Assembly: GCF_910592395.1 (NCBI RefSeq)
Contig: NC_088308.1
Location: forward strand, 1,984,001-2,048,000
Reading direction: 5' to 3'
Length of the DNA: 64,000 nt
Source of the DNA: Lineus longissimus
Lineage: Eukaryota
The notes beneath the pieces were generated by a model. It was not told the origin of the DNA, did no database searches, and saw only the letters and a program-made list of their open reading frames with translations. Made by a program: the position numbers and the translations under genes. Of this stretch, positions 27,301 to 37,588 are shown piece after piece. Positions within the stretch are counted from its first letter, which is position 1. Each line of letters begins with the position of its first letter.

Positions 27301-30300
27301 TGAACACTTCAGTTGTGTTGACCATGCATGCAGTTCTTCAGTTACAACTACAAGTTGACCTTACTCAGGTGGACGACAACCAAACCAATGCTGTAAACCC
27401 CTTTTCTGTGGTCCCAGATGAAGTTTTCAGATTCCTCTCTAAATTTCTGCTGACAGATAGATTTTTCCAATGGTACAGCCATTAGATCAGTAATTATTGT
27501 GCCATATCTGGTTTCTAATCAACACACACAAACTCCCAAATATATGAAGAGAAAGTTTCTGAACTTAGGCTACATGTACTTGAGCCTTGTCCAAATATTT
27601 GCAACCTCTTTTGGTACAACTTCTCGTTGAGAGAGATCGTATTAGAGAGGTTGTCCTCAAAGTGGTTACTGGTGCTCTGTATGTGGGAGTGAAAACATTG
27701 CTAACTGGTTAAGAGTAATGATATTATTCAAACAATGTTATTTGTTTTACTCTTTAGAGTTCCCCTGCTGTGATATTATAGTCTTAACCAACCTGATCAG
27801 CCAATGATTGCTCAGTATTGGTGCCTGTGTGTTTTCAGACAATACTGTGATATGGAATGATGTCCATTTATTTCAGCATTGACTATAATATAGAACTGAT
27901 ACTTGAGTAAAAAAGTCAATGATCTTGCATTCATTCGAATTCTTTTAGAATAGGATGAGAGCCAACTTCACCTGGTTTTAGGGTTGCGTGGACCTCACTC
28001 TAATTCTTACCTGCCTGTTCAAAGCTCTGCAAAAAACTTTCTGATCTGAAGCTCAGTGGTTGCCAGGCTGCAGCGGATGTCAATTCTTTTCTAATTAGTG
28101 TCTTCATTGAATCAATCTGCAACTGGTGAACTGCTTGAGCACTACACTCTTTCACAGTATCCCCTCTCGCATTCAGTCTTGGTTCTCCTTGTGGTCGATT
28201 TCTCTGGATTTTGATTTTCATGTGGTTTGATTTCTCTGGACTTGGATAAGCTGTTCATGAACGCCATGAGGTTCCTCTCGAGGATACGCAAGGTAATGTC
28301 ATCACTATCTTCATCACTGTGTTCTAGCCTCATTGTCCCTTGGGTAATCAGTCCTTCGTGTCACCAAAGATCCGAAGCTCCTCAGTCAGTGGAGGAGACA
28401 TGATAACGAAAGGGTTGAGATTCTTTTAACTCTTTCAGTGCCCAGGATTTGGGCATTTTTCGGCATTGTCACTACCCAAAATCTCACAAAAATAATTGAG
28501 ATACACTCATCAAAATTCTTCAAAACCTTTGTCTTTACCTCCTGTTTCAATAAAACAGCAGTAATAAGTAGGGGCATACTAGGATTATGTTCTAAATTTT
28601 TTTGAGGGAGTGGTATTTTTGGCCGATTTTCACCATTTTTCACCTAAAATGAGGGGTGGCAAACCCCACCCTACCCTCTCAGTCGAAAAAATTATTCAAT
28701 TTGGACGCCCCAGGCCAGAGAAACCATATGAACCACATTTGAGTAGCTGGGGACATCTGGTGTCGTCTGGAGGAACTAAAATACCTTAATATTTAGGACG
28801 TACATGTACGTCCTTGGCACTGAAAGAGTTAAAAACGGTGCATTGTCTTATCTTTTCAGAGCAATCGAGTGACGTTAAAGATGGATGTGTCCCATACAGA
28901 ACATTCCCATGTGATAGGAAAGGGCGGCAACAACATCAAGAAAGTCATGCAAGATACCGGCTGTCATATTCACTTCCCCGACTCAAACCGGAACAATCAA
29001 GCGGAAAAAAGTAATCAGGTAGGACGTCAAGGATCTCTCTCCCTGAACACCGGGAACATTTCTCTCATGGAATCTATGATGGTCCAGGGAAGAATCTATG
29101 CTGATTTTCACATCGGTGTGGATCTCGATCATAGATTATGTGATGGGCATCGTAGATTCTGGGCATCATAGTCTAGATTCTTGGTATCATAGATGGGCAT
29201 CATAGATTCTATGACTATGTTGGACCTTGGTAGATACTGTGATGGGAATTTTGTCATATAACATTCACTAAGTGATTCAGTTGGTTCCATCATGTGTGCA
29301 TCATTGAGTGGCAGTCTTCAAAATACTGGATTGATTTTGAAATTCTGACAGCGTCATACATTTTGTCTTCGTTGAACAATTGGCATCCTGCCTTTGTCAC
29401 CTACCATCAGTGTGGTTATGTGTAGGCCTAAGCGATCTTGTATTTTCGCCAAGAGCTCGGAGACGTGAAAAAAGCATTGGAGTGGTTTAAGTATTCAGAA
29501 GATGTGCATTAGTTTAACCTCCTGAGGATTCTCTGTAAGCCTCTTTAGAACATATTTGGGCCATGACAGTGGTGAATTAGCACCAGCCCATTCTAATCAG
29601 GTCTTGTAGGTGGGGGACAATTACTCTACTCATGGAAGTCTATGCACGTAACATGCTGCTTTCAAATCAATTGGGGTTTTCTGTTGAGTATATCATGCGA
29701 AATTGTTATGTTGCTTTTTTCTGTGAAATTCAATTGGCAACAATAATCAGGGAACCTCCCGTGTTACTTTCTGTATGTGACCCTAACATCGAATAGAGAG
29801 AACTTGTCATCTGGTACGGCATGATCTTGGGTATAAGCAAAAATATCATTATAGTTTCTTCCTCTACGTTTGCCTCTGCCTGGGAAATCATACTCCAAGG
29901 AGTTTTCCACCATCTGGACTCCATACTTGATATGTCCCATTTGGATGAGGTCTCTGGTGTAGGTTTCAGTTAGAAAGAAAGTGACCTGGAGGACAAACCA
30001 ATGTGTTGGAGGAAGTACATTGTACTTCACTCATGAACACTTAAGATGAAACAGCAGTGATCATTCTTTGGGTTGAACACATGACCAACTGATTATGAGC
30101 TTTGTTCAACCACAATCACACTCATCTCCATTTACAATATTACATGTACTATGAATTTGAAGACATGCAATGGATTTGTTTACATCAAATTGGTATTGAC
30201 CCTCTTCAATCATAGATCACAAAGTTGTTCAGTGTATTCATGTATAATGAAACTACGTGGGACAGAAAACCAGCTGAGTAGATTATATACTTGTGGAATA

Positions 30301-33300
30301 AAACCTTATTACATTGTATATGTGTCATTGGGTTTGTCATTATTTGGCGAGTTTTGCTCTGATTCACTTGCTAAGGCTAGATTTCTATGCCTCAAGCACA
30401 TCAAAAATATATGTTTTGTTAGTGTTAAATGCTTGAGTTGCTGCTTATGACAGTGTCAACAGTTTTGGTAAATCCAATGGGAATTCAAAATGTTTGCATG
30501 GATAAACTTACTTACAACTGAAATCTTGGCTAAAGTTTCATGTCTTGAAAATCTTGATAGCTTCTGCTGTCTAGTTCATAGATGCAGTACCAGTAGTCAA
30601 GCGAATTCAAATACTTTGTTTTTTTGTTTTTTGATTTTTTTTTCCGCTTTTTTTACAATCGACATAGCGAAACCCCAACCTCTCTTTGTCAAATCAAATA
30701 CATATCGAGTTGATACACGCACTTGGCCTGGAGTACTGCGCTGCCATCTGGTAGCAACTTGACATACTGAAAAAGTGCTGATTTGGGAAGCATTCCAATT
30801 GCTGAATCTAAAATTTGTCCATCTGTGTTTGCAGGTCTCAATAGCAGGGCAACCTGTTGGTGCTGAAAGTGCCCGAGCTCAGATAAGAGTAAGTATTAGT
30901 CACAAACTTTTGTGATGTTGAAGTAGTGTATTGAAAACTTTGGTTCCGGAATTTGAATAAGATTGTGTGAATGAGGTGTCCATGATCCTTGAAGCTTATA
31001 CCTGCACCTTGATGATTCGTGTGGTAGCTCCAACTACCACTGACTACAAACAGATGAGCCATTCTCTATGATCCCTCGAAGCAAATATCAATTAAAGATG
31101 TAATCTATACTAACTCAATTCATATAGATGGAATGCTAGAACACTTTGTGCAAAGTAATTCTGCAATGAATAATGATCTTAGAGTTATATTTGTCTGTTT
31201 ATTCCAGGAGCTCTTACCTCTAGTCTTCATGTTTGAACTGCCAGTGACCGGCATCGTCCAGCCAATCCCCGACACATCCTCGCCCCACATCCAACAAATA
31301 CAACAGACTCATAACGTGACCGTCACGTTTAAACAGCGCCCTCGCATGTATATCACGACGGTGTTGGTGCGTGGCACGGTCAGTAACGCTAAAGCTGTGA
31401 AAGAGGCGACTGGTCTCGTAGTCGAACATCTGACAGGAAATTTAGGGGTAAGGCTTGGCAAACATTTTGAGGACTCACAAAGTTCTTGTTATTTATTGTT
31501 GCCAGGTCATTTGGCATTATCTCATATCTCACAACTTGAGGATGTAAGACACATGTGTGACATCGTTGTCAAGTTTGCATCATAAGGCCCTCACTGGAAC
31601 AAATTTTTTTGTCCGCCCCAGAGAAATTGTTAAAAAACGAAAGAAAGGAATTATACACACTACATGTATATGACTATGGACTATAAATTAAATTTTCTTT
31701 CAGCAATCACTTCCTGTTAGTATGACAATGGAGATAGCTCCCCAGCATCACTTATTCATCATGGGGCGCGGTGGCATGCATGTGAAACAGATCATGCAGA
31801 GAACTGGTGCTAGTATACATTTCCCTGATCCAAACAATGTCACGCCACAACGGAAGGGGACGGTCTACATCACGGGAGGCATTGAAAGTGTGTCTTTCGC
31901 AAGACAGCAACTCATCGTAAGTTGAAAGATCCTCTAGAAATTTTAATCTAAAGTGGAATTCTACCCCTTGGCAGTTGTGAAGAATTATGCAGTTTGATTT
32001 CTAATAATTTAGGGTTAGTTTGAGGTCTATGATATGGAATCATGTGGAAGTGTAATGGTATGCAATGAAAACAGTCCATCTGTGAGAACAAGGCCTCCTC
32101 ATATCTTTACCTCAGCTTTACACCCCAACAAACGGGCTGCTGGGTAGAAGAAGATGTTACATGGGGGCAACATGAATGTTCGGCAATCATACCCTGATCC
32201 TTAATGTTCCAGGGTTGCTTGCCGTTAGTCTTGATGTTCGATATGAAGGAAGATCAGGATGTAGATCAGAGTAAGTATTGTACAAGAAGCCCGATGGTCT
32301 CGTGGCTCGGGTCTTTGGACTAGCAATCAAGCGATCCCTGCTCCAAACCCCACAACTGGCGTGGGACTCCAAGCTGGTCTCTTTGTCTAGCATGCCTCAC
32401 TCCAACTAGGTCTACTAAAGGTCGGGAGAGAATTGTTGCTATCAGCCTATAAACCTTAACCTTAACCAATCACACATACATCATACATCCAAAATACTTG
32501 TGATGTCATTCTGAGTGTGTGGTACAAATGATGAGATATAACTATTACCGTTAAGTCATTCTCACTGATGTGATCTAGGGATCATAAATTTTAATCGATT
32601 TGTTTTTCAGAAAGAATTGGTCATCTTATGGAGCAGCTCGATGTCTTCATAAGCATCAAACCAAAACCAAAACAGCCAAGCAAAGTGAGTACAAAGCTGT
32701 ATTCTGATACGGCAATATTTCAATAATTTCAATATTTTCTTTTGACTACATGTACCGGTATTTGAATAACATTTACGTTTAAATTCCTTTCTTCCAGTCT
32801 GTGATTGTAAAAAGTATTGAACGGAACTCGGCGAACATGTATGAGGCTCGCCGCCTCTTGTTAGGGTTAGAACGTGACCCCGCTCTGCCACCACCTACCA
32901 AACTCGACAACTCGATCCCCGGCCTCGGCATGGGCAACCTCAGCATGATCGCCCCCAATCTACTCTCTGTGAACACCGCCAATACGTTACTGCTGATGAA
33001 TGGGCACAATACGCCTCACCCACCTGCTCAGAGTCCGGAACTGAGTCCGACATCATCGGCTCCGAGTCCCAGATGGATCACATCTCCTTCACCAGGTAAG
33101 CATTTCAAAACGAGTTGCAAGAATTCTGATTAATCATGCGTATATTTGTCAATCTCAAATCTCAAAGTTACTTTTGCTTCTTCTATGAGGAGGTGATGTA
33201 ACTGTTTTGCTGTCCATAACCATGTGTTTGGTGATGACGACGTCTGCACGTTGTCTCTCCAATGATCGAGACTTGTTTAGGTGTGTACAATCTCTGTGTT

Positions 33301-36300
33301 GGTGAGACCTTCCTCCCCTGGTACTGTCCAGACTCCTCATGATGTTGATGCACCATGCAATACAGTATGATCTCTGTTTTCAGGTTTATTCAACCCTTTC
33401 ATGCTGGTGACCCAGTCCCCTCTTTGTACCGTCCAGACTCCCTATGACGTCTATGCACAATGCAATGGTATCAAGGATTTGAATCAGAACAGTGCTTTAA
33501 TTCGAGTGCCTTCTCCTTCAGAAAAAGGTAAGTCCACAATGACATACTATGATTTCTGTATGCTGTTCTTTTTACTCGCCGCTTAATACAAGGCCAATAC
33601 GGGTAGCTTGCACTCATTTCAGTTCTTGTTAAGTCTCATCAACACCAAGCTTATGAAATGTTAGGTAATAAAATCTCCCCCTGGTACTTGCTGGTACCAG
33701 CTGTACCGGAGGCAGGTAGTCCAGAAGCACTGGGCTTGAAGCTGTCGTGACACCATTACTCGGTGTGTTGAAAAAAGACATGGCATTGGTCGAAATTCTC
33801 AGCCAGGAACGGGGGCTCCTTTTGACAACCAATTGAAAGTAGCCCAGATTAGGAAACTGTATGCCTTAATTTGGTTATGGTATTTTTCAGGTGCTAGCAG
33901 TAATAATGGTAGCAGTAGTACAAATAGTCCCATTCAGAGTCCGTGTCAGAGTCCCAGCGAGCTAGTGGGCTCTAAAGTCTCCTTGCCTCTCCCAGCTAGC
34001 TCACCCCTGACAGTCAACAATGGTAAGCCAGTGTTTAGTTCTTCACCATCCATTGTTCATCCTCTCATATTAGTTGTTGTATAAAAGTTCAATGTTTTGC
34101 TTTATATTTTGCGAATGTTTTTCGTAAACTTTGATATCTTTTGTTATTGTTTCAGTTGATACACATAGACATATTCACAATGGTAGCTTCCAGGATATAA
34201 TAATACAGAAGAGGACATCGCCTAACAATAGTGGGTCTAGGGCCGAGTTAATGGGCATGAGGCAGCCGCCTGGGTTACCTGCACCACCTGGCTTACAGGG
34301 ACCACCTCAGGGCAGCTACCAGGACATGGTCATACAGAAGAGGCCTTCACCTAACAACAGTGGCTCCCGGATGGAGTTGACGGGTATGAGACAGCCACCA
34401 GGCTTGCCAGGTAGGAATCTGTCATCTGGGTTTTCCAATCCAAATGATCACATAAAACTATTTGCTGTAGAATCAAGATCCTGATGATATGGCTAAAGTT
34501 CTCATTCAAAGTCGAGCTGGATCTTAAAATTGTGTTACAGGGCTGTCAAAATAGAAAATCTAAAGTCCATGTACACCAAAGTTGCTGTTTTATGAAACCA
34601 TGTAATAAAATAACCACGAATATTTCCAGGATCTTAGTTTTACATTTCACTTTTCAGTCGACCCAAGGAAACTAACTCCAAATGGTGGTTACTTGGACAT
34701 AGTCATCTCCCCCAGCAATAGCGGATCAGGGCAAGACTTGCGCGGCATACGCCAGCCCTCTGGCTCCCCCTGTTTAAACCAGTCGATCCTTCTTGAAGAC
34801 AGCGTGAGGAATGCCCCATTCCAGTATGCAGAATATGCTGATAACCTCATGGCATTGCAGCTTGAAAGGTAAGTGATGCTATGATCAACAGTCCTCTATC
34901 ATAATAGACCATCGATTTTTAAAAGCCAACAATGGCCAAGAACGTTCTCTCCAAAATACTGATATTTTATTTCTATCTTTCAGTAACACTATGGACAAGC
35001 TGTCAGAGTCGAGCGTCGAGTCGGATGGCTCCGACAAAGGACAGCTAAGCTGTGACAGGAAGGCCCCAGGCGCTGAGAGGCCCTCAAATGTTGGCACTCT
35101 CTTCACGAATAACTCACCCTTCCCTTTCGATTATGAGCAGAAGAAGAAGTTGGCCACGAAAGGTAAAGAACTTCCTTCCTGCACAGCTCTTTGTGGGAAA
35201 CTACACGAATTTAGTAAAATCAATTTTTGTATGAACCATGATTGCTGAGATCCACTTGGCCTTGGGTCCCAAAATAACAAATAAGAGAAACAAAACTTTG
35301 AAGAAAATCTGTCCCGTCAATGAGATTTTGTCTTGGTATTCTACTAAGATAACTCTGTTGTTACATCTTTTCATATTTAGCCATGCAGAAGAAGCCAGAT
35401 GGCGAGTCGCGAATACCCACCGACATCTGGTCAGGCTTGGGCTTCTCCAAGTCTATGCCAGAATCAGCTATTCGAGAACAACGGCGCAAGCAGGCGAATA
35501 TGAGAGCGTTCAATGGCCTGACTGGTCCTAACGGAGTGATCAGCGAAGGAACAGAGGTGAGACATTTTATTCGAGCAGAGGCTTTTACTATGCACACCTT
35601 ATACCATGCACACCTTGAACTGGCTGCATGAACATGGGTATATTCTTTCCTTGGCACGAAGTATTCGTCAGTCATCATATGTTTACTCGTATTAATAACA
35701 TCTTTAGTGTTGTCAGGTTGAGCGTGCCAGGTTGTCCTAGATTGACCACTCATCTTGAGGTAATACCGTAGTACAGTCCTGATATGGAAACTAGGTCATG
35801 TTATGCTTTCAAACCATATCCATTTATCCCCGATTGTATTTCATTCCAGCCTGTAAATGGTGACATTGACCGTGATCCTTGGAAGGACTCAAGAATGAGG
35901 ACAAATATTGAAGTTCCAATTTCGGCTGCACCCGGTGACTTCCCGTACACCAGGAATAGAATGGGTAAACGTCTAGAAAGCACCGGGGCCACCTAGGATT
36001 CTGCCTACTTCTCCCTGCAAAAAACCAACAAGTCCAATTTTTTAATGCCATTGCATGGTCATAGCATGGTCCCCAACTCCCCGACGTTCACCATCAAGTT
36101 GACTAAAAGCTGAAGTGGAGAACTTCGTCAATGGTCTTTGATAGTTCATGAGCCAAGGATAATGATGGTCGTCATGATAGTCTGATTCTGATCGAAAAAA
36201 GTAATCCATGTTGTGATTTATTTTCAGAATCCACATCCCGCCTTGGCAGTATGAGTAACCACATGGATGCCCCCGGCACATGGAACTTGAACAATGAGGA

Positions 36301-37158
36301 CCAGGATTTGGTTGACTTGTTCAGTAAAATAGGCCTTGGCAAATATGCTGACTTGTTTCAGCAACAAGAGGTGAGAGATGGTTTTGATAGAATCTTCGAA
36401 CCAAGGTTTTGTACCGAATACACAGCATAATTGCAAGTGTGCAGAAAGGCCGTACTGGTAATCTCTTGTTGAGCTGGAATACATTCAGTTTTGGTCATGA
36501 GAGGATGTCGAAGGAAGAATTCGTTCTCAACTTGTCCTCCTTTTATCTCCAGATTGACATGGCGACGTTCATGACATTGACGGACCAAGACTTGAAAGAA
36601 CTTGGTATTTCAACGTTTGGAGCGAGACGGAAGATGCTCCTTGCTATCGCTGGTAAGGTGAAAAACATCATTTTGTTGTCTTTGGATACCATACATGTAT
36701 ACTTCAATAGGCTTTAATTGTTTAATAGAAAGTACTCGAACAGTCATGCTGCAGTTGCTCACGAGATGATAACATGTTTGGAGATCTGGCACACTCACAC
36801 TGCACAGTGCCCAAACACAGCTGCATGAAACAATGAAACTCCTCTACTCTGCCATTAGGCTGCATGAGAGAAAGCTCTCCACTGGTTTAAAGTTTCTTGG
36901 GTAAGATTTTGGCAATTCTTAAGTGCAGTACAGGATACATGAAGTAATCTATAACACTTGTGTTTTTCATAACACTTCAACTATTCCTTCTCTGTTTTAG
37001 ATTTAAGCAAGAAGCAGTCGCTATTCCCACCATCGCCGAGTCCAAGCCCGAGTATTCCAACGTTCACAGAACCTCCGAGCAATCCTTTTGCGGAGAAAGC
37101 GCCGAGTACCTTGATGGTGCGACGTCATGACATCATCAGCCAGAGTGGCCGATGGTGA
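15317..37158 (+). CDS. BICC1: Bicaudal-C homolog (KH + SAM RNA-binding translational regulator), multi-exon, 5' end incomplete
   Basis: 20 exons with GT-AG sites and consistent phases (2900 nt); peptides WPSKLKIGAKSKKDPHIK, MDVSHTEHSHVIGKGGNNIKKVM, GCLPLVLMFDMKE, WSGLGFSKSMP, LTDQDLKELGISTFGARRKMLLAI and terminal SGRW match recalled BICC1 sequence. Confidence 0.97.
15710..15779 (+). CDS. BICC1: BicC exon (VMHMTETHISWPSKLKIGAKSKK)
   Basis: ttttag| ... |gtgagt; conserved WPSKLKIGAKSKK. Confidence 0.95.
18295..18355 (-). mobile_element. RTE-like LINE endonuclease N-terminal fragment
   Basis: Minus strand reads KQLIGTWNIKAM, resembling the IGTWNVRTM start of apurinic endonuclease domains of RTE-clade LINEs; very short. 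Confidence 0.4.
20050..21630. promoter_or_regulatory. CpG-rich intronic segment, candidate alternative promoter of BicC
   Basis: Locally high CpG in a CpG-poor gene body; CACGTG, GCCGCCATT, CCAAT, GCGCATGCGC and AAGATGGC motifs; donor-like ca|gtgagt near 21626. Confidence 0.4.
22605..22749 (+). CDS. BICC1: Candidate alternative first coding exon of BicC (MLPMYRHIWSAPDNL...DRPSSA)
   Basis: GC/CpG-rich open frame ending CAG|gtgggg in phase 1, the phase needed by the exon at 23946. Confidence 0.5.
23946..24025 (+). CDS. BICC1: BicC exon (DPHIKIAG...MEVLDTK)
   Basis: ttgcag| ... |gtaagt. Confidence 0.95.
28430..28828. mobile_element. piggyBac-type MITE
   Basis: TTAA at 28426-28429 and 28829-28832; 18-bp TIR CTCTTTCAGTGCC(C/A)AGGA with one mismatch. 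Confidence 0.85.
28860..29018 (+). CDS. BICC1: BicC exon, KH domain with GKGG loop
   Basis: SNRVTLKMDVSHTEHSHVIGKGGNNIKKVMQDTGCHIHFPDSNRNNQAEKSNQ; tttcag| ... |gtagga. Confidence 0.97.
30835..30888 (+). CDS. BICC1: BicC exon (VSIAGQPVGAESARAQIR)
   Basis: ttgcag| ... |gtaagt. Confidence 0.95.
31208..31447 (+). CDS. BICC1: BicC exon, KH-like domain
   Basis: ELLPLVFMFELPV...EHLTGNLG; ttccag| ... |gtaagg. Confidence 0.96.
31704..31916 (+). CDS. BICC1: BicC exon, KH domain with GRGG loop
   Basis: QSLPVSMTMEIAPQHHLFIMGRGG...ARQQLI; tttcag| ... |gtaagt. Confidence 0.96.
32213..32270 (+). CDS. BICC1: BicC exon (GCLPLVLMFDMKEDQDVDQ)
   Basis: ttccag| ... |gtaagt. Confidence 0.95.
32611..32684 (+). 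CDS. BICC1: BicC exon (RIGHLMEQLDVFISIKPKPKQPSK)
   Basis: tttcag| ... |gtgagt. Confidence 0.95.
32798..33095 (+). CDS. BICC1: BicC exon (end of KH-like domain, start of linker)
   Basis: SVIVKSIERNSANMYEARRLLLGL...; ttccag| ... |gtaagc. Confidence 0.93.
33384..33527 (+). CDS. BICC1: BicC linker exon (GLFNPFMLVTQSP...SPSEK)
   Basis: tttcag| ... |gtaagt; symmetric phase 1-1, 144 nt; no recognisable homology so may be a cassette exon. Confidence 0.7.
33891..34022 (+). CDS. BICC1: BicC Ser-rich linker exon
   Basis: GASSNNGSSSTNSPIQSPCQSP...; tttcag| ... |gtaagc; phase 1-1. Confidence 0.85.
34156..34410 (+). CDS. BICC1: BicC linker exon with internal peptide duplication
   Basis: tttcag| ... |gtagga; phase 1-1; two copies of GS(F/Y)QD..IQKR.SPNNSGSR.EL.GMRQPPGLP. 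Confidence 0.85.
34658..34868 (+). CDS. BICC1: BicC linker exon
   Basis: tttcag| ... |gtaagt; open frame, phase 1-2 as required to join the next exon. Confidence 0.85.
34984..35162 (+). CDS. BICC1: BicC exon (CDRKAPGAER...FDYEQKKKLATK)
   Basis: Conserved KAPG.ER and FDYEQKK.LATK motifs; tttcag| ... |gtaaag. Confidence 0.93.
35381..35556 (+). CDS. BICC1: BicC exon (AMQKKP...RIPTDIWSGLGFSKSMP)
   Basis: Conserved BicC linker motif; atttag| ... |gtgaga. Confidence 0.95.
35850..35964 (+). CDS. BICC1: BicC exon (PVNGDIDRDPWKD...RNRM)
   Basis: ttccag| ... |gtaaac; phase 0-1 bridges the flanking exons. Confidence 0.85.
36228..36370 (+). CDS. BICC1: BicC exon, SAM domain N-half
   Basis: DLVDLFSKIGLGKYADLFQQQE; tttcag| ... 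|gtgaga. Confidence 0.95.
36553..36652 (+). CDS. BICC1: BicC exon, SAM domain C-half
   Basis: IDMATFMTLTDQDLKELGISTFGARRKMLLAIA; ctccag| ... |gtaagg. Confidence 0.97.
37001..37158 (+). CDS. BICC1: BicC last coding exon ending SQSGRW-stop
   Basis: ttttag| acceptor; C-terminal SGRW as in vertebrate BICC1; TGA TAG. Confidence 0.93.
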
Positions 37159-37291
37159 TAGAGGAATATTGCATGTGTAAATCATCGACAAAAATCTTGG
37201 AATTTTATGATTGTGGACCTTAGCTATCAATAATGCATTTTGTTTAAAAAAACAGAAGATTTCACTTTTGCTACAGAAGAGCTAAAAGAAG

Positions 37292-37588
37292 TCTCAGATA
37301 TTACCTTTGGAAAATTGCTAGCTGGTTAGCATGCACGTCATCTCAGATATTACTTTTGGAAAATTGCTAGCTGGTTAGCATGCACGTCATCACAGATATT
37401 ACTTTTGGAAAATTGCTAGCTGGTTAGCATGCACGTCATCTCAGATATTACCTTTGGAAAATTGCTAGCTGGTGATAATTAGCATGCACGTCATCTCAGA
37501 TATTACTGTTGGAAAATTGCTAGCTGGTTAGCATGCACGTCATCTCAGATATTACTTTTGGAAAATTGCTAGCTGGTTAGCATGCACG
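37292..37588 (+). repeat. 49-bp tandem repeat, 6 copies, in proximal BicC 3' UTR
   Basis: Unit TCTCAGATATTAC(C/T)TTTGGAAAATTGCTAGCTGGTTAGCATGCACGTCA; copy 4 has a 6-nt insertion. Confidence 0.97.

Noticed and set aside
33665..33715. Possible extra 51-nt in-frame BicC cassette exon
   Set aside because: The acceptor lacks a pyrimidine tract and the donor (gtagtc) is weak
37292..37588. CRISPR-like regular array
   Set aside because: Units are head-to-tail near-identical with no unique spacers, there are no cas genes, and the context is eukaryotic
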